NCBI GenBank assembly: GCA_040390065.1
Contig: JAZJZE010000009.1
Coordinates: 32,001 to 96,000 of the forward strand
Direction of reading: 5' to 3'
Origin: a bacterium
GTDB taxonomy: Archaea; Thermoplasmatota; E2; JACPAO01; JAHFTW01
Length of the DNA stretch: 64,000 nt
Shown here: positions 1 to 7,569 of the stretch, piece after piece
Numbering within the stretch: position 1 is the stretch's first letter
Layout: every line of letters starts with the position of its first letter
The notes under the pieces: generated by a model
Seen by the model: only the letters and a program-made list of their open reading frames with translations
Database searches by the model: none
Told to the model about the DNA's origin: nothing
Translations under genes and position numbers: made by a program

Positions 1-1
1 C

Positions 2-823
2 AACTCGGACGATGCCAGCCTCATCCTCCTTCTGGGAGCCGTCGCGTCCATCTCCGTCGTGGCGGCCCGCTTTGCCGAAGGCGACGCGCAACTGCTCGAC
101 CGCCGCACCGCGGAATTGGAGGCGGCATCCGAGGCCTTGCGCGAAGCGATGGCCGAGCGCGCCCGCATGTTCAACCAGATCGCACACGATCTCGCCAATC
201 CGCTAAGCCCCATCTTGCTGCAGACGCGCATCCTGGCCACCGCCGACGCCGAAGGCACTGCCAAGGGATTGGCCATCATCCGTCGCAACCTGGAACTCGT
301 GCAGCGCCAGGTGGACGACCTCAAGGAACTTGCACGGCTCGAAAGCGGACGCATGAAACTCACGATGGCGCCGCTCGACCTGAGCGCGCTTGCCCGCGAG
401 GCGGTTGAGTCCTTCCGCGCGGGGGCCCAGGAACGCCAATTGTCGCTCCAGGCCGCATCGACGGGGCCGCTTGTCGTCCCGGGCGACCGCGCTCGCATCA
501 ACCAGGCATTGTACAACCTCGTGGGCAACGCCCTCAAGTTCACGCCGAGCGGCGGAATGGTCTCGGTGAAGGCCGCCGCGGACGGGAACTTGGCGGTCAT
601 TGACGTGGTCGACACGGGTCGCGGCCTTTCCGCGGAGGACATCGCCCGTCTATTCCGGCCGTTCTCGCAAGCACACTCGGCCGGCGAGATTCCCGAGCGC
701 GGCAGCGGCTTAGGCCTGTACATCGCCAAAGGCATCGTCGAGGCCCACGGCGGCACCATCGGCGTCGCCAGCGCGGGCCGCGGCCAAGGCAGCACGTTCA
801 CGTTCCGATTGCCTCTAGGATGA
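2..823 (+). CDS. Sensor histidine kinase (HisKA + HATPase_c), 5' truncated by window edge
   Basis: H-box IAHDLANPL, N-box NLVGNALKFT, DTGRG and GSGLGL; frame open to position 2. Confidence 0.9.
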   Translation, partial: NSDDASLILLLGAVASISVVAARFAEGDAQLLDRRTAELEAASEALREAMAERARMFNQIAHDLANPLSPILLQTRILATADAEGTAKGLAIIRRNLELVQRQVDDLKELARLESGRMKLTMAPLDLSALAREAVESFRAGAQERQLSLQAASTGPLVVPGDRARINQALYNLVGNALKFTPSGGMVSVKAAADGNLAVIDVVDTGRGLSAEDIARLFRPFSQAHSAGEIPERGSGLGLYIAKGIVEAHGGTIGVASAGRGQGSTFTFRLPLG

Positions 824-861
824 CGGGTTCAAGAACGCCCAACGCCTGGCACGCCCAGCCC

Positions 862-1134
862 ATGGCGTTCAGTTTTCGGATTCTCGATGGACCAATCATT
901 CGGTTCAGCAAGACGTTTCGCTGGTCCAAAATCAAGGTCTGGCACGACGACATGCTCGTATACGAGGGGCGCCCAGCATCCGGCGAACCGGTACGCTACG
1001 AGGTCCGGGAAAAAGGCCGTGAAATTCCATATGTGATTGCCCTCGATGGAAACGTCTACGCGTGGACGCTTGGCGTTTGGCGAGATGGGGCACAGGTGCT
1101 GAAGGTCGCATATGGCCGAAGGACGAAGGCATGA
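862..1134 (+). CDS. Small hypothetical protein
   Basis: MAFSFRILDG... ORF; its stop overlaps the next start (ATGA 1131-1134). Confidence 0.6.
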   Translation: MAFSFRILDGPIIRFSKTFRWSKIKVWHDDMLVYEGRPASGEPVRYEVREKGREIPYVIALDGNVYAWTLGVWRDGAQVLKVAYGRRTKA

Positions 1135-1637
1135 CCGCCTCCGACGTCCTGCCTTACTTCCAACTTGCCTCCGCCGCAGGCATCGTGGTGGGCGCCTTCT
1201 TCGCCGGCTATCAACTGTGGCGTGGGGAGCAGCACCGCAAGGCCGCAGCCGCTCTGGCGACAGTGACGTCGTTCAACACGTCCGAATTCCGCAACGCGTT
1301 TGCCAAAGTGTACTCACTGCCGCTCGGCGCCGATGCGAAGCAGGTCCGGGACGCGGGCCGCGACATGGAGGACGCGGCGACCGCCGTCATGATGACGTTC
1401 GAGATGATTGGTGTCCTCGTCTACAACCGCATGGTGCCCATCGAGACGGTGGACCAGGCCATCGGGGGGTTCCTGCGTGAATCGTGGCGCCGCCTCGAGA
1501 AGTACGTCGCTGTCAAGCGCGTCGAGGTGCAGAGTCCGCGTTGGGGGGAATGGTACCAGTGGCTGTTCGAGCACTTGGCCGTGAACCCGCGCCGCGCCGA
1601 GGGCGCGTACCAGACGTTCAAGGATTGGCGGCCGTAG
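1131..1637 (+). CDS. Membrane-anchored hypothetical protein (DUF4760-like)
   Basis: N-terminal TM helix, FEMIGVLVY and WYQWL motifs; ATGA coupling. Confidence 0.65.
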   Translation: MTASDVLPYFQLASAAGIVVGAFFAGYQLWRGEQHRKAAAALATVTSFNTSEFRNAFAKVYSLPLGADAKQVRDAGRDMEDAATAVMMTFEMIGVLVYNRMVPIETVDQAIGGFLRESWRRLEKYVAVKRVEVQSPRWGEWYQWLFEHLAVNPRRAEGAYQTFKDWRP

Positions 1638-1639
1638 CG

Positions 1640-1855
1640 TCAGCTGAGTCCGGCGCCACGAAGCGACGCGAACGTGTCGTCGAACGTGCGTAGGAGGCCG
1701 AGCGCCGTGGACGCCGTCGCCGTCAGGACCAGCCAACCGCCGTCGACGACCGCATGCAGAAAAACGCCGTTGTCCGCGGCCAGGGCACGCAGCATGCGCG
1801 CCGCATCGGAGGGCGATTTGCAGTCGATGCGCAGCACGGCATGGTGGACCGTCAA
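1640..1855 (-). CDS. pcc1: KEOPS complex subunit Pcc1
   Basis: 71 aa, ALAADN...LLRTFDD pattern; TTG start overlaps the RecJ stop; conserved rps15-recJ-pcc1 order. Confidence 0.75.
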   Translation of the reverse strand: MTVHHAVLRIDCKSPSDAARMLRALAADNGVFLHAVVDGGWLVLTATASTALGLLRTFDDTFASLRGAGLS

Positions 1856-3270
1856 GCGGCCACCTTGACGAAGCCTTGGGCGACGAGGGCCGCATCGAGC
1901 GCGCCAAGGAATGCCTCGACGTCGGCGCTGCCGATGACCGCGCCGGCAGCGACGGGGTGACCGCCACCTTCCTTGCCGACAGCGGCCGCCGCGAGTTGGC
2001 AGGCGCGCCCCAAGTCGAGGCCCGCGCGGACTTGCTCCTCGGTGCCCCGCGTCGAGACCTGCACCAGACCATCGGGCCGCTTGGCCAGCACCGCGATGGG
2101 GCGCACTCGATCCTCGAGCATGACGGTCATGGCCACGCCGGCGACCATGCCCGTGTAGTCGGCGCGTTCGGTCCATGCCACGCCGACGGCGCGCCGCAGG
2201 TCCAGTCCCTTCTCGCGCAAGACGCGCAACCCTGCGACGAGCGCCACCTTGTAGCGGCGCAGGCAGGCCATCGCCTCGGCCTTGGCCGACGGGTCGCCCA
2301 TGAGGTACGCGATGCCCGTCGTGGGTTCGCCTTCGCGGCCGCAGGCGTCGACGATGCGGAAGACGTGCCGCAGGCTGGTGCCAAGGCGCACGTTGTGGTC
2401 GGTGGGTGCAACGAGGCGCGCAACGGCTTCCCGTTCGCCGGCGCCAAGCAAGCGAAGCGCGCACATGGAAACGAGGCGGGCCTGCTCCTCGGGGTTGAGG
2501 TCCTCGACGTCCGCCGTCGGGTTGAGCCCTTCGGCCTGCACGGCCTGCCACGCCGCCTGCGGATTGCCGTGCAGCCCGGGGATGGGTGGTCGGAAGCGTG
2601 CCATCGCCTCGGCGAGGTCGGCGCCGATGAAGCGCGGTTGCACGACTGGGGCCACGGTGCCATCCGCCCGGCAGCGCTCCAGGATTTCCAGGTTCCAGCC
2701 CTGCCACGACGGGCGCTGCTGCCAGTCCCCGATGGCGCCCGAAAGGCCGACGGAGGCCCAGCCCCACGCTTCGTCGCCACACAGGGCAAGGGCCAGGGCG
2801 ACGGCAGTGGTCGCGCCGGAGGCATCGCGCGAACCGTCGAGGCCGCACATGCGGGGGTTGACCATTGCGAAGCCGGGGGCGTCCGGCGTCAAGCCGTGCG
2901 GGTTATGGTGGTCCACGACGAGGACGGGGCGGTCGGGCGTGGCCGCGGCGGCGAGCAGGGCGGCGTGGCTCGTTCCCTTGTCGAGCAGGATGATTCCCTG
3001 GAACGGCTCGGCAAGGGCCGCGCGGTACGCGGCTTCGTCCTTGGCCCGGCTCGGCCGCGCCGTGAAGCGGTGCCCGATGCGCAGCAAAGCCCGGGCCGTG
3101 ACGGCAGCGGCACACAAGCCGTCGGCGTCCGTGTCGCAGGCCAGCAGCCAATGCGTGCCCCGGGGGCGGCCCTTGATGAGCACCGCAGCCCGCATGGCTG
3201 CCTCGCGCAGGGAGGACGTATCCGGCCGAGCGCCTGCGCTGCCCTCGCCCGGGATGTCCTCCATGGCCAC
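1852..3270 (-). CDS. RecJ-like DHH/DHHA1 phosphoesterase (archaeal RecJ/Cdc45 family)
   Basis: DADG, DHH, GAIGD and GGGHPVAAG motifs; located next to rps15. Confidence 0.88.
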   Translation of the reverse strand: MAMEDIPGEGSAGARPDTSSLREAAMRAAVLIKGRPRGTHWLLACDTDADGLCAAAVTARALLRIGHRFTARPSRAKDEAAYRAALAEPFQGIILLDKGTSHAALLAAAATPDRPVLVVDHHNPHGLTPDAPGFAMVNPRMCGLDGSRDASGATTAVALALALCGDEAWGWASVGLSGAIGDWQQRPSWQGWNLEILERCRADGTVAPVVQPRFIGADLAEAMARFRPPIPGLHGNPQAAWQAVQAEGLNPTADVEDLNPEEQARLVSMCALRLLGAGEREAVARLVAPTDHNVRLGTSLRHVFRIVDACGREGEPTTGIAYLMGDPSAKAEAMACLRRYKVALVAGLRVLREKGLDLRRAVGVAWTERADYTGMVAGVAMTVMLEDRVRPIAVLAKRPDGLVQVSTRGTEEQVRAGLDLGRACQLAAAAVGKEGGGHPVAAGAVIGSADVEAFLGALDAALVAQGFVKVAA

Positions 3271-3330
3271 GGCCAGAGGCTGGTCCGGTTAGCGTTTTTG
3301 GGGGACCGCAGGCGCGGGTGCGGCCGGTTC

Positions 3331-3483
3331 GTCGACCAGCAGCCGCGCGCCTTCGCGCGTGGCGCAATGGCCGCGCAAGCCCAACCGCGGCGTAACCTCG
3401 CTCGGCATCGGCACGCACAAATGGCGCGGTGCAGGCGCCTTCGCTGCGCTCAGTCGACCAGCAGCCGGGCGCCTTCGCGCGTG
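3331..3483. repeat. 31-bp direct repeat of the rps15 3' end (3331-3361 and 3453-3483)
   Basis: gtcgaccagcagccg(c/g)gcgccttcgcgcgtg, 30/31 identical. Confidence 0.9.
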
Positions 3484-3881
3484 TAGTTCCACTCAGGCGG
3501 CAGTTCGCCGCGGGACTGGTGGTACTTGGCCAGTCCACGGATGCGGGACTCCATGAGTTCGAGGCCGCGCAGGTTGTGCAGGTCGCGCGAGTTGGCCGCG
3601 AGGTGCTCCTGGAGGTGGATGGAGCGGGCGATCAGGTTCTGCAGGTCCTGCGGCAGCTTGCCGGAAAGGCCGCCGTCCTTGATGATCTGGGCGATCTTCT
3701 TGCCGGTGAGTTCCTGCACCGAGGGGACGCCGTAGGAGTCGCGAAGGATGAGGCCGATCATGGCCGGCTGCTTGCCTTCCTTGGCGAGTTCCAGGACCTT
3801 GGCCTCGGCCTCGCGGGGCAGGAGGGGCACCCAGGACGGGTGGGAATCGCGTACGGGCTTCGAGCTGGCGTGGCGGGACAT
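3450..3881 (-). CDS. rps15: 30S ribosomal protein S15 (uS15)
   Basis: IGLILRDSYGVP, PQDLQNLI, ESRIRGLAKY motifs; SD-like GAAGGTGA before the ATG. Confidence 0.95.
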   Translation of the reverse strand: MSRHASSKPVRDSHPSWVPLLPREAEAKVLELAKEGKQPAMIGLILRDSYGVPSVQELTGKKIAQIIKDGGLSGKLPQDLQNLIARSIHLQEHLAANSRDLHNLRGLELMESRIRGLAKYHQSRGELPPEWNYTREGARLLVD

Positions 3882-4125
3882 GGGTCACCTTCAATGCAGG
3901 AAGCGCACGGTCGTATCTCCGGGCTCACCGGGGACTACGAGGATACGCTTCCAAGGCTCGCGACAAGGAGCCGGTATAAGACGGTTACCCAAACCCTTGG
4001 ACGGACCGTGGACGGAGAGGCCACCGATGTGGCCGTTGACGGTGGATGCATCCGGCCCGTCGGCAAGCCTTTCGCCCCAAACGGCAATCCTGGGTTGCGC
4101 CTTTCAAGGGCGCATGAGGAACCGC

Positions 4126-4458
4126 ATGCTTCGAACCTTGACGATGACCAGCTTGTTGACGACCGCCTTGCTCGCCTTCGGTGCGCCGGCGACCGATGCG
4201 GCCCTGCCGGGATGCTACCAGACCCTGGATTCCCCCACCAGCCATTACTGGTGCGAAGCCCCGGGTCAGCGCCTCGACTGCTATCGCCAGACGGATGGCC
4301 ACTACGAGTGCCTCATGACCGGCGGCGTGCGCGGAGAGGCCGTCATGTGCCGTGCCGGCACCGATGTGCCGCCGGACTCCATCGTCTGCCGCGTCAACAA
4401 CGCCTGGGTGACTTGCGTCCGCATGGGCCCAGCCTTCTACTTCTGTGAAATCTTCTGA
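4126..4458 (+). CDS. Small secreted cysteine-rich protein
   Basis: Signal peptide followed by 8 regularly spaced Cys; GAGGA before the ATG. Confidence 0.7.
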   Translation: MLRTLTMTSLLTTALLAFGAPATDAALPGCYQTLDSPTSHYWCEAPGQRLDCYRQTDGHYECLMTGGVRGEAVMCRAGTDVPPDSIVCRVNNAWVTCVRMGPAFYFCEIF

Positions 4459-4520
4459 GCCCACACCGCGCTGGCCGGCCCCGGCCACAGGACACACTCG
4501 CACGCACTCGTGCCGCGGCT

Positions 4521-4793
4521 CTAGAGGCTGTTTCATAACTTCCAGGAAGCCTGCGCGCGCCGGTTTGCAAGCAGGGCTAGGGGGAGTTGCCGACCGCGTG
4601 GCACCGCCACGCCGAGGCAATTCCGACGACGCCATCCGCCGTAAAGCGGCGCGCCCTCCGGGTCATTTTCCGGCCACACACTCCCGTCGCGGGCGGCCTT
4701 GGCGGGCTTCCGGCCCGCCGGCGGCCGCCATCGCCAGGTTGCGAAGCCCGGAAAACGACGCAGGCACCCTGGCAGTTATGAAACGGCCTCTAG
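4521..4793 (+). mobile_element. MITE family A, copy 1 (273 bp including CTAG ends)
   Basis: ctaGAGGCTGTTTCATAACT...AGTTATGAAACGGCCTCtag terminal inverted repeats; homologous to 5480-5753. Confidence 0.8.
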
Positions 4794-5182
4794 GCAAACA
4801 GAAGGGGCTCGTCCGACGCGGTCATCGTGAAGCGGTTGGGGGACGTCCAGAAGTCCACGACGACCCAGACGGGTCCCTGCTTGGCGAAGGACTGCCCGAA
4901 GTCCGTGCCAGTGTCGGATTCGTAGGCCTTCACCTCGTGCATGCCGTTCGTCAAGGACATGTTGAAGGGCATCCAGTTGTGCTCGTCCTCCACGGGTGCC
5001 GCCCGGTCGAAGACGAGGACACCATCGACCCAGACCTTGATGTGCGCGGTGGGGTGCGCGAAGCTCTGGTTGCTGACGTAGAACTGTGCATCGCCGCCCA
5101 CAGTCTGGCCTGCCGGGGACGACGTGCAGCCGGAGGCGAGCAGCAGGCAGAAGAAAGCCGCAATGCGGACCAGGAGCATCAT
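4790..5182 (-). CDS. Hypothetical lipoprotein
   Basis: Lipobox LASGC; its TAG stop lies within the MITE CTAG end. Confidence 0.7.
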   Translation of the reverse strand: MMLLVRIAAFFCLLLASGCTSSPAGQTVGGDAQFYVSNQSFAHPTAHIKVWVDGVLVFDRAAPVEDEHNWMPFNMSLTNGMHEVKAYESDTGTDFGQSFAKQGPVWVVVDFWTSPNRFTMTASDEPLLFA

Positions 5183-5255
5183 CGCACCCTGGTGGGCTGC
5201 CACGCCTAAAAAGGGGTGGCAAAACGTTTGGCCGGGGCGTACGAGAGCGGGGACG

Positions 5256-5441
5256 TCAATAGCACGGGTGCGGGTAGGCGAAGTGGCACGGACGGAGGTT
5301 CTGCTGGATGCAGTCGACCTGGTCCTCGACGGGGGCGCGCGGGTCGAGGGCGCACGACGACGAGGCGGCGGCGGGGGCGGGCACGGCGATGACGGCCACG
5401 GTTCCGACGAGGAGGAGGGCGAGCACGAGTGCGGCGCGCAT
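5256..5441 (-). CDS. Small secreted 4-Cys peptide
   Basis: MRAALVLALLLVG signal peptide; short mature region with 4 Cys. Confidence 0.6.
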   Translation of the reverse strand: MRAALVLALLLVGTVAVIAVPAPAAASSSCALDPRAPVEDQVDCIQQNLRPCHFAYPHPCY

Positions 5442-5479
5442 GCCGACGCCATGGCGGAGTCCCGTCATGATTCTTGCGG

Positions 5480-5753
5480 CTAGAGGTCATTGCATAACTG
5501 CCAGGGTGCCTGCGTCGTTTTCCGGGCTTCGCAATCCTGGCGATGGCGGCCGCCGGCGGGCCGGAAGCCCGCCAAGGCCGCCAGCGCCAGGAGTGTGTGG
5601 CCGGAAAACGACCCGGAGGGCGCGCCGCTTTGCGGCGGATTGCGGGGTCACCTCGGCCTCGGCGTGGCCAGGCCACGCAGTCGGCCAAACTTCCTTACAC
5701 TCCTTGCAAACCGGCGCGCGCAGGCTTCCTGGAAGTTATGCAAGGACCTCTAG
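5480..5753 (-). mobile_element. MITE family A, copy 2 (inverted, 274 bp)
   Basis: ctaGAGGTCATTGCATAACT...AGTTATGCAAGGACCTCtag; interior is the reverse-complement homolog of copy 1. Confidence 0.8.
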
Positions 5754-6955
5754 CGGCGCGTGCTGCGGCGGAACGAGGCCGTGGAGCGCGTATGCATGAC
5801 GAGCTTGACGGCGACGAGGAGGCCGACGGCGGTGCCTGCGACGGCCAAGATGACGTCCTGAACTGGGTACTGCGGCGGCTTGGGGCGGCCGACGGCGGCG
5901 GACACGCCGGTGGTGCTTTCGAGGTTCTCCGTGCACGGGCTCATCTGGGCTCTTCCCTTGAGTCCGAACAGGACTGAATCCCACCACATGTTGAGGTCGA
6001 AATCGCTCGGCGGGGTCATCTCGATGTCGACTGCATAGTGGCCCGTGGCCATCTTGCCCGTCACTTGCAGGCCGTACATGCCGAGGTGGTCCAGGTCGAA
6101 GGGCAGGTCCACCTTGCCGTTCGTCGTCGCGTCAAAGGCCACCGTCTGGTTTGCCACCGCCGCGCCGATGGGCGAGAGCACCGTGAACGTGAGTTGGTTC
6201 AGGCCGGGCGGAGCGTCGGCCGACGTCGTGACGTGGGCGACGGCCTTGCCGCCATACTTCACGTTGGCAAACGGCCGGAACGCTTTGTACTCGGGCGCAT
6301 AGGAACCGAGACCCGCCGGCAGGTTGTCGGGCGATTCCGTGTGGAAGGTGGCCGGCTTCGGCGCCGCTCCGGTGGGCGAACGGACGCGCAGGTGGAACTC
6401 GCTCTGGCCGGCCACAGGTTTGGCTGCCAGGGCGTGCGTCGCGTCGTCGCGCAGGCCGTCGTTGGCTGCGAAGAAGGTCGCCGTGAATTCCTCGCCGTCC
6501 CCCACGGGGTCGGTGAAGTTGGCGCCGTTGACGCTGATGCGGGCCGTGCCCCACGCGGCGGCGCTGGCGAGCACCGCGGGGTGGTCGGGGCCGTCGTCGA
6601 GGGCGCCATCCAAGGTGATGTTCGTGGCAATGCCGCCTTGCTTGTCGCCGCCGCCGTGGAAGCTGCTGACGTCGATGGTGACGGGCGTGATGCCGTCCAC
6701 GACGCCGACCATGCGCACGATGCCGTGTTCGCGCTCCGGCCGCAACTGGGCAAGGGCGCACCCGGCAAAGACTGCCGTCGGGTGGCCCGTGGGCGCGGAA
6801 CCCAACGCCATCACACCCGATCCGCTTCCTCCGAAAGCCATGTAGTAGGTGACGCCGTCGACGCGACCGTACCCGGATTGCACGTCTGCGGCGCTGGAAG
6901 AGATTGCCAAGGCCACGAGGGCGGCGCCCGTGATGAGGATGGAACGGGCGTTCAC
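5750..6955 (-). CDS. Secreted protein with C-terminal TM anchor
   Basis: Signal peptide after GTG 6955 (GTGA overlap with upstream stop); C-terminal TM plus basic tail. Confidence 0.75.
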   Translation of the reverse strand: MNARSILITGAALVALAISSSAADVQSGYGRVDGVTYYMAFGGSGSGVMALGSAPTGHPTAVFAGCALAQLRPEREHGIVRMVGVVDGITPVTIDVSSFHGGGDKQGGIATNITLDGALDDGPDHPAVLASAAAWGTARISVNGANFTDPVGDGEEFTATFFAANDGLRDDATHALAAKPVAGQSEFHLRVRSPTGAAPKPATFHTESPDNLPAGLGSYAPEYKAFRPFANVKYGGKAVAHVTTSADAPPGLNQLTFTVLSPIGAAVANQTVAFDATTNGKVDLPFDLDHLGMYGLQVTGKMATGHYAVDIEMTPPSDFDLNMWWDSVLFGLKGRAQMSPCTENLESTTGVSAAVGRPKPPQYPVQDVILAVAGTAVGLLVAVKLVMHTRSTASFRRSTRR

Positions 6956-7569
6956 GGGGCCACCTTGGACTTGCGCGCGACTTGCTCGATGGCCGCCGTG
7001 TCGTCCCAGCCGGCCTGGAACTTGGCCAGGAATGCCGCGATGCTGAGCGGGATAGCCCCGCCGGCCAGGGCGAAGCCGGCCCCGAGGGTCGTGCGCCAGT
7101 AGCCGTCGCCGCGCAACTCGCTTGTAAACGGCGCGCTCGAGATGCCGACGCTGGCCGGCAAGCCAAACCACGTGACGGCCAGGGCGCCGGCAAGGGCAAG
7201 TGTCGCCACGCCGGATGCGGCGAGGCTGACGAAGCGGGGCACGACACGCTGGATGCCGGGCACCTCAGCAAGGAACACGATGGCCAGGCCGACGGCGGCG
7301 GCGAGGCTGAGCCACGACATGTCGCGCAGCCACTCGGCGTGCTTGGCTGGCTCGGCAACGGGGATGTCGCCGCGGGTCGTGCCTGGTCCGTCGTCCAGGG
7401 TCTGCCGCTGCACGCCCGTGTCTTGGGGCGGTTCCAGGCCGTTCGGGGGCGTGCGGCGGCCGCTCGAATGTTCGGCACTGAACCACGGGGCCATGACGGA
7501 TCCGGCCAGCATGGCGCCGGCGGCCAGGGCAAACGCGAGGGCCCACCAGGACTTCTCGATGGGCCTCAC
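6952..7569 (-). CDS. Membrane protein (about 4 TM)
   Basis: Four hydrophobic segments; GGAGGTG SD and GTGA overlap. Confidence 0.75.
   Translation of the reverse strand: MRPIEKSWWALAFALAAGAMLAGSVMAPWFSAEHSSGRRTPPNGLEPPQDTGVQRQTLDDGPGTTRGDIPVAEPAKHAEWLRDMSWLSLAAAVGLAIVFLAEVPGIQRVVPRFVSLAASGVATLALAGALAVTWFGLPASVGISSAPFTSELRGDGYWRTTLGAGFALAGGAIPLSIAAFLAKFQAGWDDTAAIEQVARKSKVAP

Noticed and set aside
1876-3486. Long ORFs antisense to real genes (also 9871-11949, 33594-35501, 37881-40406, 45168-47846, 51515-53326, 56612-58513)
   Set aside because: Shadow ORFs typical of high-GC DNA; they overlap motif-supported genes on the opposite strand and have no recognisable motifs
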